Source of the DNA: Chiloscyllium plagiosum
Lineage: Eukaryota
DNA length: 48,649 nucleotides
Direction of reading: 5' to 3'
NCBI RefSeq assembly: GCF_004010195.1
Contig: NC_057719.1
Span: 47,988,130 to 48,036,778, forward strand
Below the pieces are notes generated by a model. The model searched no databases. It saw only the letters and a list, made by a program, of their open reading frames with translations, and was not told where the DNA came from. The translations under genes and the position numbers were made by a program. Numbering within the stretch: position 1 is the first letter of the stretch; each line of letters opens with the position of its first letter. This document shows positions 9,915 to 21,794 of the stretch, piece by piece.

Positions 9915-11040
9915 ATGCAGCTTCTAGACAGCACAAGGAGCATGGAAGCCTAAATATAAAGCTGGCATCACTCATTAGTTATACAAGCAGTTGTTTTATT
10001 CCAGTATTTAACCCGTGATCAGTATCCTGTTCAGACTGGAGGCCACCATGACTACCAGGCACCAACATCTCAATGCACAAGCCAAACCCACCCCAAGTTC
10101 ACGGACATTGGCCTCAGACATTTGCCAGTCTTTAGCAAGACACATGGCACCTTTTGATCCAATTACAGTCCAACTTTGAACTTTAGTGTTACATCTTGAC
10201 TTCACTGGTAACAATCATTGTAAAGCTGCTGCAAGGACACTGAGTGCTCAGGGGATGCACCAAATCAGGCCTTACCTGCAGGCTCATCACTTGCTTTCAC
10301 AGCAGTTATTCAGTCTGGGCCTAATTGGATGCTCACAGCATCCTTGGCCTTGCCTTTTTGCCTTGCATCTTCAACTGAGTGAGTAGACAGCATAGAAGAC
10401 ATGCAGAATTAGTGGTGTCAGGGGCTAAGGTAGGGATGGAGATGCAGGCAATAGTGAGAGTGATGAGACATTGGTACAGTAGCAGTGAGTGAGTATGAAG
10501 TATTGGAGAGAAGATGATGGCATGTACAGTGATGGAGTGGAGACATTCATTACATTTTTCCTACACTGCTGGGCACTCCCCAAGATGGGTGAGACTGCAG
10601 TGAACCCAGGTTGGCATTGTCTGATGTGACCTCCACTGTTGGTCTTGGCACATTTGGAAATTCTGTATCAACACCACCCTGTCCAGCAGGACCTCCAGGT
10701 CATTGTCCGCTTTGTGAGGTGTCAATTTCCCTCTGTGTGCCATGTCTGGGACAAATATCAGGAACTGTACAGGGCTTTTCTGGATTAACACTGCTTGTCC
10801 AGATGGTCAATTGGCTTTTAAACGTGATGGTGCACAGGGTATGCTGCTCTTTCAGTTGCTTGGCAAATGTTCTTGGAACAGCATGTGGTAAGATGGGGCT
10901 AAAATCAAATGTGAGGGAAACCATATGCGTGGGTTAGGTGATTAATGATCCATATTTATACATCATGATGCAGACAGTGATAAAATCATGCTGGGCATTG
11001 CGGTGAAAATCCCTCTAAAAAAATCTTAATGCAACTCACA
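9915..11040 (-). mobile_element. PIF/Harbinger-type DNA transposon remnant with decayed Myb/SANT-like ORF
   Basis: ~10545-10744 minus: MAHRGKLTPHKADNDLEVLLDRVV...PTW...SAQQCRK resembles the Harbinger Myb-like motif PRFSxxDLEVLL...W...QCRKK; boundaries uncertain. Confidence 0.5.
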
Positions 11041-11056
11041 CTAAGAAACATAAGGT

Positions 11057-11261
11057 AAAAACCTATCACCTCCATCCCCACCCCCATTCACCTATTGTAC
11101 TTTCTCCCCACCCCCAACCCCCCCCTCTCATTTATGTCTCCACTCTGCAGGCACCCCGCCTCTATTCCTGATGAAGGACTTTTGCCCGAAAGGTTGATTT
11201 TCCTGCTCCTCGGATGCTGCCTGACCTGCTGTGCTTTTCCAGCACAACTCTAATCTAGACT
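11057..11261 (+). mobile_element. PLE 3' terminal fragment with degenerate hammerhead (11168-11195)
   Basis: CTGATGA-AGGAC TTTT GCCC-GAAA; 16-bp TSD-like CTAAGAAACATAAGGT (11041) / CTAATAAACATTAGGT (11262). Confidence 0.75.
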
Positions 11262-12128
11262 CTAATAAACATTAGGTTCACCCTATGGTCACCATTAGAC
11301 TAGCTTTCAATTGCAGACTTTATTAAACTCAAATTTCACCATCTGCACTGATGTGACTAGAACCATATTCCCAGATTATTAACCTGGGCATCTAGGATTA
11401 CTAGTCCAGTGACATTACTGCTATGTTTTCACATGGAGTTTTATGAATCTTTGGAACTCTCTATTCTGTGAAACTGGCATCATTGATTTTTTTTTGTTTA
11501 TGAGGGTATTGATGAGCAAACAGGAAATTGCAGTTAAAGCCCAAGATCAGCCATGATCATATTGAATGGCAGAAAATATTTGAGAAACTGTATGGCTTCC
11601 TCCTGTTTTGTATTTGTTATGTTCTTATTATTTATACTGGAAACAACGCGCACAGTAGAGTGTTTGTTCCTAATGCAAAAATGGCTGCCCAGATCTATTT
11701 GTGCATGCACAGCTGCACCCATTCTGTGGGCGTGAATCCCTGTTTCAGAACATTCCTTGAGGGGAAACATTGCATTTAAGCTTGAATCGGAGATGAGTGT
11801 CCTTCACTGAAAAAAAGCCGGATTGAGTCTTCTAATGTACTCTGCTTTGTAATAATCCCATTCTGGCCTGCTACTCTGAAGAAAATCATTGCTTACAACA
11901 TGATGAATCAGTAAACATTTCAGAAATTTGGGTAAGGACTGTTCCCACTAATAGCAGCTATAAATGCAGTCATTTAAGAGTTGTGAAAATAACAGGATAA
12001 TCATTTGCAGCACAAAGGGAAGGCAGATTAGTCAATTCTGGGTCAGTGTTTGATTATGGCATTGTCAGGAACCATAAACACAGCAGTGGGAGATTTATTA
12101 CATTGGTTAGGTGTAAATCTCTCACATC

Positions 12129-12277
12129 TTGCACTTGCATGTTGCAGCATGCTACCAATCAGTGACAAAGCCCCATACGCATAGCCAATGTACATTGCAG
12201 AATAATGTAAAGTCTCTGATTTAATTCAATTTTGGAGTAGTTCAATGCGGAATGCTTGAGCTTCAGAGCTATGTCCA
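12129..12277 (+). repeat. Copy 1 of a ~149-bp direct repeat
   Basis: Near-identical to 14098-14245. Confidence 0.9.
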
Positions 12278-12384
12278 ATGCAGATGCAGTTTCAAGTACT
12301 TTTTCTAGGCAGACAGAAAGTTCAATAAAGGTGGAGAGGTAGTGCTGCTAATTAAGGATGGTATTTATCCAATAGATAGAGATT

Positions 12385-13050
12385 ACCTTGGCAGTAGTCA
12401 TTGAGGCTCACTGCATGATTTGTCTTTGGCACTGGGATGATGGTAGTCTTCTTGGATGCTGGTGGGGACTTCTGATTGGAATAAGAAGAGGGTGAAAATG
12501 TCTGTGAATACTCCCAACAGCTGGTTCGCATAGGATGTGAGTGCATGGCTGGGGACTCAATCCAGGCCGGTCACTTTCCATGGGTTCACGCTTAAGAAGG
12601 CTAATCTAACATCCATGACGGTGACCAAGGTAACAAGTGCATCCCTGGGTGATGGGATAGGTGATATCATTTCACTTCCCTTTTGTTCAAAGTGAGTGTA
12701 GAATGCATTGAGCTCATCGGATAGGGATGTACCGTTCTCTCTGATTCTGATCGACTTTGCTTTGTAGCCTGTTATGTCATATAAGTCTTGCCACAAACAA
12801 CGGTTGTACATGTGGTTAGTTTGAATCTCAAGCTTGGTTTGGTATTGCCTCTTGGTATCCCTGAATCCCTTGCGAAGGCCATTGTTCACTGGGCCTTCAA
12901 AGGGGAACAAGATTGTCCTCTTACACATGATACCTTGGCAATAGAGACATGCAGTGTGCCTCCCCTGGCCATCTTGCCGTATTGACTGTCTTGGTAGCTC
13001 CTCCCTATTACTATCAGAGGTACACTGCTGCAAACACAGCCAGCTGAACA
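12385..13050 (-). mobile_element. Rex1/Babar-like LINE fragment (region upstream of the RT core)
   Basis: LWQDLYDITGYK..LSDELNAFYTHFE..VNPWKVTGLD..KKTTIIPVPK..LNDY. Confidence 0.8.
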
Positions 13051-13384
13051 GTAGGTGATGGTGAAGAGACAGCTGCCTTAGGTGTCAGAGTGAGCTGATG
13101 CCATGTACATACATTGTTACCCCTGCTCCCACAGAATGTATTTGATATTCATCTTACATCTCCAATCACTGCAGCTCATAAGGCAATGGAGGCAGGATCA
13201 TTAAATATTCAATGGGAATGTAGAATTTGAAACACAAGTAGATTATCCATAATCTTATTGAATGACTAAGCAGGCCCAAGAAGCTGAATGGTCAACTATT
13301 TTAATTAGTATGCTTATGCATACAATGAGCTTTAAACTTGAAGAATGCTGTTGATGAGAGTTTGGTGACAGTCCTTGTAAGAGG

Positions 13385-13745
13385 ACTGTGTCGCTTGTTT
13401 CTTCTGCCCTGTGACACTAACCAACCCATTGTCAGCCACTAATGGTCCCCATTAACAGCTCTTCATTCTCTCCGGCTGAGCTTTACCAATTCCTTTGTCA
13501 GCCCAACTTTTTTTCTGTCTCTCTGGTCTCCATCTCCACCTATTATTTACTCCTACCCCCTTCCCACATCCCATCTTCAGCATATATAACAATATTTTCC
13601 AAGTTACATTCTGTTCTGAAGATGGGTCACTGGATCCAAAATGTTCATTCTGCTTTTTCTCCACAGATGCTGCGAGACATGCTGAGTTTTCCCAGCAATT
13701 TCCGATTTTGTTTCATTTCCAGCATCTTCGGTTTTCTTTGCCATT
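13385..13745 (+). mobile_element. Old PLE 3' fragment (second family) with degenerate hammerhead
   Basis: TTCTGAAGATGGGTCACTGGATCCAAAATGTT..CCACAGATGCTGC..GCTGAGTTTTCCCAGCA; same end type as 6840-7036. Confidence 0.6.
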
Positions 13746-14097
13746 TTACATATTGAGGTATGATAGCAATTGCCATGTGAGCATAATCAACCCATTGATT
13801 ATGATAGCAATTATGTGATTGACTGGTAACCAGAGACACAGAAGATGTAATTTCATTTCCCATCTTTGCAGCTGGGAAGTTTAAATTTAGCTAATTAAAT
13901 AAATTTGCATTTTTAAACAATTTGTATTCCAAGTCTTACTTGGTCTGTCCATGTGAAACTAGACCCATAGCAATATACCTGTAGTTGACTTTTAATTGTT
14001 CTCTTGATGGAACCAGCAAGCTACCCTTGAACACAGGGTGGATAATAAATGATGGCATTTCCAGCAATGCATACATTCAATTAATGAAATCTTGTTG

Positions 14098-14245
14098 TTG
14101 CACTTGCATGTTGCAGCATGCTACCAATCAGTGACAAAGCCCACATATATAGCCAATGTACATTGCAGAATAATGTAAAGTCTCTGACTTAATTCAAGTT
14201 TGGAGTAGTTCAATGCTGAATGCTTGAGCTTCAAAGCTATGTCCA
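14098..14245 (+). repeat. Copy 2 of the ~149-bp direct repeat
   Basis: Near-identical to 12129-12277. Confidence 0.9.
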
Positions 14246-14599
14246 CAGCATGTTTATTAGACTAAGCAATAAAAAACAGGGTTTTGATTATTTTGACCTT
14301 TCTGTAGCACTATGATGGAACTATTTTCAATCAAAGGCAGTTAAGTCAGCTACTATAATTTTGCAACGTTTTAAAACATACATTATTGTGTGACAAGATA
14401 TAAATTTTGACTCAATTAGATGACAAAATGACTTAGATGGGTAAAGTGATGGATTATATTGATCCAGTATTAAATCTATACATGTTTGATTTCTCATATC
14501 TTAAGAGTACAATATCTTGAAAATATTTGTATTATATTCCAAAACAAGTTTAGGGGAAAAACATAAACATTAACACAGAGTTTTAATTACTGCAATGTC

Positions 14600-14742
14600 T
14601 AACTTTTAACTTTGTTCTTTCTTTCCTTGTTCTTAGGATTCTGTACCTAGGTACTTATATCTAAGATGGTGTCCTGTGTGGCGACAGTGTATACTTTTTG
14701 CTGTACTTGAATACATGTGACAATAAAATCAAAATCAAATCA
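14600..14742 (+). mobile_element. LINE/SINE 3' tail ending in AATAAA and ATCAAA(A) repeats
   Basis: ..CTGTACTTGAATACATGTGACAATAAAATCAAAATCAAATCA, a typical non-LTR tail. Confidence 0.5.
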
Positions 14743-16181
14743 GTTTAATTTCACTGAAGTACAAAACAAATCACATGTATATTTTACTACAACCATTCTT
14801 GTGAAACAATGGATTTTGAAAGTTGGAATGAAGTATTTTTCGATAGTGGCATTTTGACCACGTAGGGAGAGGTCATGGCTTGCCACTTTTTGTTTTCAAG
14901 CTCGCTTGGTCAGATGCAACATTTTTTTAGTCCATATCTGTCACACTTCAAATAATTTTAGTTAATCAAATTAGAAACGAAGGACAGCCTATTCCAAGGT
15001 TTTATTGACTGAAAGAGAGTGGAGTTTTATTCCTGGAATATGGTGAAATTTGACAAAAATGCAGTTAAGTTGACAAAAATGGGAGGAGGGACATTTAGTA
15101 TCTAGGTGTATTCAGGAAGATAAAGGTAGTTGCAATTTACAGATTTCTTTTCAGAATCTTTGTGTTGTGAGAGTGAAACTTCACAACTGCATTGTTGTTA
15201 TCCTGTGTCCTCAGGACTGGCAAAGTTTTGAGAAACTCATTGGTTATTTTTCCATGTTTGTCCTCCCTGGCACTGATTTGTTGAGACTTTGAAGAGAGTC
15301 TTTCATTTCTTGTTCACTTATTTATTTTTCATTCTCTCTCCTCGACTGCTCAGAAGTAGCAGTTGATAAAAAAAATTGTTTGCATATCCTGAGTCTGCTT
15401 ATTGTTTTCCCAAGCTAAATACTCCACAGGCAACCTTTCATCTCAATATTTAATATCCAGAAAGGTGTGAATCAGTACAATAATACAGATTTAAGCTTCC
15501 GTGCTCTTTTACAATGATGTTAATTTTGGCTCAGACTGACCCTTGTTTACTGAGAGGTTCATGAGCAGATGATCACAGTAGCCATTTTATGATAGTTTTT
15601 TGAACTAAATATTTTGGTTTATGAAGATTTTGGGGATTACAGTCAAATGATTAAAGTTGAATACTGGAAGTCCATTTTATCTGTGATCTTAGCAAAGCTG
15701 ATTCAAGAAACTGCGACTAATATATCGTATGAATCTTTGAACTTTTTACAACTTTGTTGTGTATTAACCAAAATAGTGCAAAAGAAGGATAATAATAGAT
15801 ATTTTTCAAACCACTTGGAGTGAAATTGTAAACTTCTCAAATAAATGACAATGGTAATGTGTGATGGCACAAAATAATATAAAGAATGAAAATTATTTAT
15901 TGGCAGTATAAAAAGTATTGTGATGAATGCAAGATGATCTTTACATTCTTGTATATTATCTGTGCCATTGTTTCTTTAAGGCCTGCCTTCAGAGTATCAT
16001 TGACAACCATTTCATTTTGTACTTGCATCTGCTGATCATGTTGTTTCACAGAATATGATATTATTTAGAATGTGTCAAAATCATAGGATCATTATCGAAG
16101 TGGTTTCAAATGTTAACACTGAATGCTGCCAGTCAGTGCCTGTGATTGAAGATGCCAGTCCAATGGGACAGTTTGAAAAAC

Positions 16182-16452
16182 ATCATAGAGTCCCTACAGT
16201 TTAGAAGCAGGCCAATTGGACAATTGAATCCACACCACCCCTCCAAAGAGCATCTCAACCTATCGTCGCATTTTCCATGGCTAATCTACCTAGCCAGCAC
16301 TGAACAATCTGGGCAATCTAGCCTGGCGAATCCACCCAACCTGCACTTAATCCACCAAACCCAAGCAGACATGGGTTGAATGTGCAAACTCCACACCATT
16401 GCCTGAGGCGGGAATTGAACCCTGGTCCCTGGCGCAGTGAGACAACAGTGCT
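16182..16452 (-). mobile_element. HE1-type tRNA-derived SINE
   Basis: Reverse complement starts GCACGGTGACTCAGTAGTTAGCACTG, has B-box GGTTCAATTCC and the HER1-shared 3' tail. Confidence 0.85.
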
Positions 16453-17599
16453 AACTACTGAGTCACCGTGCTACTCGTACCTACTCATTAGATTTGCTCA
16501 AAATTTGAAAATTATGCAATGTGTACAACACTGTTGCTTCTTCAGCTCTGCTGAAATCTCTAGTGTAAGAAGAAATCATTTCCTGGAGTCTGTCTTAACA
16601 TTTGGAGTTGGATTCGAGCTGTTACATCTCAGACATAAAACATTTGCACTCAGAGCTTTGACATGACAAAATATTTCTGGCAAAAAGAAACAGTATTGCC
16701 AAGGACCAAGGTAAAAGAGATGTGCCAGAATCGCAATGAACTAAATCAGAATCAGCTTTAGCCCCAAAACAACTGAAATCATTGTTTTGTCAGACTTCAA
16801 AATATTTCCTGTAGCTTTTAAGCCAAGTAAACACAGGAATTGTGACTAAGTTAAATATCTGATTACAGTATTACAAATTGTTTCTGTTTGGTTTACAAAA
16901 AAAGAGATGTTTTGTTGGTGGAAGAACTTTGTTTTCTTTTACCTGAACTGCGAAGGGGGCTTGCTTCAGGAATTATATTTTGCTGAGTTGAGGCAATCCT
17001 TCTTAATCCTTGAAAATGTAATCCTTTAATCAATTTTGATTTGCCTGATTCATTTTAATGACCATGTGACCACAGTTTACATACCAACACATGCAGGTAC
17101 ATGTTAAACGAAATGCTGCACATACTTCTCTGCACAACATGTTAAATGAAATGCTGCACAACACACCCAGACAAAAAAAACTGAACAACATTCTTGTCGC
17201 AACATGATGTAACTAAAGATGACATCCAAAACTATTTTACAGAGACAGTAAGAATGCTACATTTAAGGAGTTTTTCACTACTTTTAAAGTAGGCCTGTTA
17301 GTTAACCTCAGTTAGTACTATTTTATTTCCATTTGTATAATACTATTTTACATTAGTTTAGAATAGCAGAAGACTATTTCATGAGAAATAACTATAGTCC
17401 AGCTAAGAATGCAGTGGGTGGACTCACCCAGACACCAACCTCAGCTGAAATGCTTGTTCGCTTCCAGTTTCTGTGCTTTAATGAGAAGAACTTGATACTG
17501 GCACTGTGCACAATATACATTATAATGTATCACATGCTGTGAAACAATTTTTTGCATTATTCAAAATTATTTATCTAGTCTCTACATCATAAAAACATT

Positions 17600-18262
17600 G
17601 TGGAGGTAATATAGAAGGTACAAAATGATTTATTCAAGGGATATTAGAACTGACAGTATATACTAAGCAAAAAAGATTGAACAGTCTGGGATTTTCTTCT
17701 CAAGAAAATGAAAGGTTGAAGAGACCTGATAGTGCTCTTCAAGAGTATGAAAGAGTTTATAGGATACACGTAGAGAATATAATTTCACTTCTTCTGAGCC
17801 TTCAAATATAGATTTTAATTATCAGAAAATCACTAATAAATCCAATTTGGAATTTAGGAGAAATTTATTCACCCAAGTAGTAGTTATAATGTGGAACATA
17901 AGTAGGCTGCAAAAAGATGTTGAAGAGTGTGGTGTTGGAAAAGCACAGCCAGTGAGGCAGCATCCAAGGAGCAGGAGAATCGACGTTTCGAGCATAAGCC
18001 TTTCATCAGGAATTCCTGATGAAGCACTTATGGTCGAAATGCCGATTCTCCTGCTCCTCAGATGCTGCCTGACTAGGTTTGCTTTCCAGCACCACACTCT
18101 TCTACTCTGATATCCCGTATCTGCAGTCCTCACTTTCTCCTACAAAAAGATGTTGATAGGTTCAGTAAGTGGACAAAGATTGGCAAATGGAGTGCAATGT
18201 GTGAACATTTTGGCATAAAAAATGAAAAAAGAACATATTAGTTACATATGAGAGATTTCAAA
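17600..18262 (+). mobile_element. Old CR1 fragments (host of the palindromic PLE insertion)
   Basis: FRRNLFTQVVVIMWN and RLQKDVDRFSKW..WQMECNV CR1 motifs. Confidence 0.65.
17924..18142. mobile_element. Palindromic PLE-derived element with back-to-back hammerheads
   Basis: Arms inverted about CAGGAATTCCTG (centre 18010-18015); hammerhead cores at 17982-18009 (-) and 18016-18043 (+); 14-bp TSD CAAAAAGATGTTGA at 17910-17923 and 18143-18156. Confidence 0.85.
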
Positions 18263-18269
18263 GCTTTTC

Positions 18270-18835
18270 TTCATTCACTCGTGGGACATACATACTGCTG
18301 GCTGACCAATATTTATTATCTGTCCCTAGTTAGCCTTGGAAAGATGGTGGTGAGCTGGCTTCTTGTACTCCTGATGTCCATGTGCTGCAGTTGACCCAGA
18401 GAGATAATTCTCAGTGGATCAGTGAAGAAATGGCAATATATTTTGAAGTTGGGATGGTCAGTGGCTTGGAGGGGAACCTGCAGGTGGTGGTGGTATTCCC
18501 ATGTAAATGCTGCCCTTGTCGTTTGAGATGAAAATGGTTGTGAGTTTGTAAGATGCTGTGTAAGGACTTTTTGTGAATTTCTGCAGTGCATCCCATAGAT
18601 GGTACACACTGCTGCTAGTGACTGCTGGTGGTGGAGGGTGTGGGTGCTTGTGGATCAGGTGTCAATCAAGCATACTGCTTTGCCCTGGATGGTGTCAAGC
18701 TTCTTGAGTGTTGTTGAGCTGCATCCATTCAGGTAGGCAGACAGTATTCCTCCATGGTCCTGACTTGTGTCTTGTACTTCAGGAGTCAGGAGGTGAGTAA
18801 CTTGCCTCAGCATTCCTAACCTACTCTTGTAGCCA
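18270..18835 (-). mobile_element. Zenon-like CR1-group LINE 3' fragment
   Basis: Same family as 5880-6567; encodes ..CTIYGMHCRN.. Confidence 0.75.
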
Positions 18836-20135
18836 TTAAGATACAGAAGGATCTGGGTGTATGAATCACAAAAGATGGTTGCATTTTAGAGCAGGAAATC
18901 AGGAAGGGTCGGTGTTGGGACCACAACTTTTCACATGATATGTTAATGATCTGGATGAAGGAACTGAGGGCATCCTGGCTAAGTTTGCAGATGATACAAA
19001 GATAGGTGGAATGGCAGGTAATGTTGAGGGGTGAGAAAGGCAAATACAATGTTGCCATTCATCTCGAGAGGACAACAATATAAAAGCAGGGATGTTCTTT
19101 TGAGGCTTTATAAGGCTCTGGTCAGACCACATTTAGAGTATTGTGAGCAATTTTAGGCCCCGTACCTCAGGAGAGATTGGCGGTGGAGCGGGTCCAGAAG
19201 AGGTTCACGAGAATGATCCCACGAATGAAAGCCTGAACATATGAGGAGCATTTGAGGATCCTGAGACTATATTCGGAGTTTAGAAGGATGAGGGAGGATT
19301 TGATTGAAACTTACAGAATACTGAATGGCTTGGACAGAGTTGACATTGGGAAGATGTTTCCATGAGCAGGAGAGATGAGGACCCGAGGGTACAGCCTTAA
19401 AGTAAAGGGAAGATCTTTTAGAAAGGAGACAAGGAAAAACCTCTTTAGCCAGACAGTAGTGAATCTGTGGAATTCATTGCCACAGAAGGCTGTGGAGGAG
19501 AGGTCATTGTGTTTATTTAAAACAGAGATATATAAGTTCTTGATTGCCAAAGGGATCAAAGGAAACGGGGAGAAAGCAAGAAAATGGGGTTGAAAAATCT
19601 ATCAGCCATGATTGAATGGCAGAGCAGACTCGATGGGCTGAATGGCTTAATTTCTGCTCCTATGTCTTATGGTCTTATAAGGTGAAAAGAAGATTGTTAT
19701 TTATTGGGAGGGGAATTAATGCAAAAATAGAGAGTTTATGATTCAGTTATTCAGGACACTGATAAGGCCACATTATTTGAGCAAGGATCGAAATGTATTG
19801 GGAAGGGCTGTTTTGGCACAATGGCAATATACTGAGTCAGAAAGCTTGGATTTAAGTCTCAATCTCTCCAAAGGTATATCATAACATATCTGAACATGTC
19901 TATAAATATATTAGAAGCAGTTCAGAGAAGGCTGACCAGACTAATACCTGGAATGGGTGTGTTGTCTTACGAGGAAAGATTTGTCAGACAAGGTCTATAT
20001 CCATGAGTTTACCAGAGTAAGAGAAAAATTGATTGAAACATATAAACTCCTGAAGGATCAGGACAAGTTGGATGTTGGATGGAGTTTCCTTATATAGAAA
20101 AATTTTGAATGAGAGGTCACCCATGTAAAACAGGA
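18836..20135 (+). mobile_element. CR1 LINE fragments (second CR1 family; main copy ~18900-19680)
   Basis: GSVLGP, KFADDTK, LVRPHLEYC, TRGYSLKVKG..FSQTVVNLWNSLP; tail CCTATGTCTTATGGTCTTAT. Confidence 0.85.
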
Positions 20136-20144
20136 ATTAATTCC

Positions 20145-20600
20145 AATATTGGGTAACTGTCTGTGTGGATTTTGTATATTCTCTGTGTAGGCAAAAGTGA
20201 GTACTGCAGATGCTGGAGATGAGAGCTAAGAGTGTGGTGCTGGAAAAGCACAGCTGGTCAGGCAACATCCGAGGAGCAAGAAAATCGATGTTTTTCATCC
20301 TGATGAAGGGCTTTTGCCCGAAATGTCAATTTTCCTGCTCCTTGGATGCTGCCTGACCGGCTGTGTTTTTCCAGCACCACACTCTTGGCTCACTACACTC
20401 TTCTCTGTGTGTCTACATGGGCTTTCACTGGGTGCTCTGATTTCCTCCCACAGTCTAAGGATGTGCAGGCTAGGTGGATTAGCCATAGCAAATTCAGAGT
20501 TATGGGTACAGGGTAAAGGTCTGGGTGGGATGTTCTTTGGAGCACTGCCACAGGCTCAATGAGCTGAATGGCGTCTTTCTGCAGTGTAGGTTCTATGAAG
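20145..20600 (+). mobile_element. HE1-type SINE interrupted by a PLE inverted element
   Basis: SINE body split at TTCTCTGTGT. Confidence 0.7.
20189..20400. mobile_element. Inverted PLE-derived element with intact hammerhead core (20300-20327, +)
   Basis: CTGATGA-AGGGC TTTT GCCC-GAAA-TGTC; 10-bp TSD TTCTCTGTGT at 20179-20188 and 20401-20410. Confidence 0.8.
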
Positions 20601-21249
20601 TGATTTCCTTTCTCAGTGCCATGATTCTTGGGGACACTCTTCCTGAAACGATGATGGAAGCACAGCCTTTCAATATTTTTATGACAGGTGAATAGGTTCT
20701 TCGCAAGCAATAGGGGTGAAATTTTAATCGGGGTAAGCAGAAATATGGGATTTGAGGTTACAAATTCAGTAATTTAGTAAATGACTGAGCAAAGTTGAGG
20801 GACTAAATGGCCAGAGTCCTGCTTCTTTTTGTAGGTTAATTTCACTGTGAACAAATAAGAAAAAGTATGAAACGTGGGAAAATTTTACTAATAAAATTAC
20901 TATTCTCGGCCTTAGAAACCAGTTTTAATCATGTAGTCTACTTGATTCACAATCATGTTTTTGATTTGGAAACATTACAGTTCTCCAAATGTTTATGTAT
21001 TTTTGATACTTAATTTCAGAAAACATTTTAATATTAATATTTATATTCTTACAGCCTGTATCTACATCATTTTATGTACTATGCTCTTTCAACTATAAAC
21101 ATTCGGTTTAGAAAGGGACTAGCAGCTCGTTTCATAACAGCATATTTTCATTTTTCTATTCGTCACGAACACATTTGGAATTAATAGGAAGAACATACCT
21201 TACTTAAAAATAGTATTTAATTCATTTTTTTAAGCAGTAAAAGCGTTCA

Positions 21250-21700
21250 ATGACACTGGCTTCCACTATCTCACCGAAGGAACTGCGATTGGCCAAGGCG
21301 TGGAACCTGCTTTGCGATGAGATGCAATGGTTAACGTTGGGATATAATTGGTCAAGGGATAGACACTGGGCTATGATGTATGGGTAAACGCTGCGCTGTG
21401 ATTGACCATGTTGGAAGAAGCTAAACCGTGATTAGACAAATGGCGGGGGCCACGCCTCAATCGGTGACTGATGTGGATTCTGGGCTGCTATTGGTCAAGA
21501 GTCGGACACGACGTTGCCATTGGCTGCGGGGCTAGTAGGTGAGCGATGATTGGCTACGTGTATAGAAACTACTTTGCGATTGGCCAAGAGCCCAGCGCTA
21601 CGTTGCCATTGGCTGGGGGGTGTGGAAGGTGCTCGACGGAGCGCCTCTGTGATAAAGTGGACGTCAACGGGGTTAGTGTGTGCTGAGGGTCTGACTTTCG
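21250..21700 (+). promoter_or_regulatory. CpG-rich Pol II promoter with phased CCAAT (NF-Y) array and CRE-like site
   Basis: ATTGG at 21288, 21347, 21490, 21519, 21549, 21579, 21608; near-matches at 21401, 21431, 21460; TGACGTCC on minus at 21659-21666; sharp CpG rise against the AT-rich flanks. Confidence 0.8.
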
Positions 21701-21756
21701 CCGCCTGGAGGAGGAGGGAGTGACAGTAGCTAGGAGCCGGTTTCACCGTCTGCTTG
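21690..21756 (+). other. Probable non-coding first exon of an unidentified gene (start approximate)
   Basis: Lies directly downstream of the CCAAT array and ends at consensus donor TTG|GTGAGT (GT at 21757); an alternative donor GAG|GTGAGG is at 22058. Confidence 0.5.
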
Positions 21757-21794
21757 GTGAGTGGGGAAGCTATGGTCAAGCTGATGAGTTAGTT

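Noticed and set aside
12129..14245. TRIM/LTR retrotransposon defined by the TG...CA direct repeats
   Set aside because: No TSD, PBS or PPT; interior is unrelated LINE/SINE debris
14610..14660. Possible micro-exon (TTCTTAG|GATTCTGTACCTAG|GTAC)
   Set aside because: Lies within a retroposon 3' tail; weak donor
17099..17160. Duplicated ACATGTTAAA(C/T)GAAATGCTGCACA
   Set aside because: Simple short local tandem duplication with no further structure
21288..21612. ER-stress elements (CCAAT-N9-CCACG)
   Set aside because: CGTGG-like motifs are not at the required 9-nt spacing from ATTGG
21772..21792. ATGGTCAAGCTG (MVKL) as an RBM4-like start
   Set aside because: Stops after six codons and lies downstream of the likely splice donor
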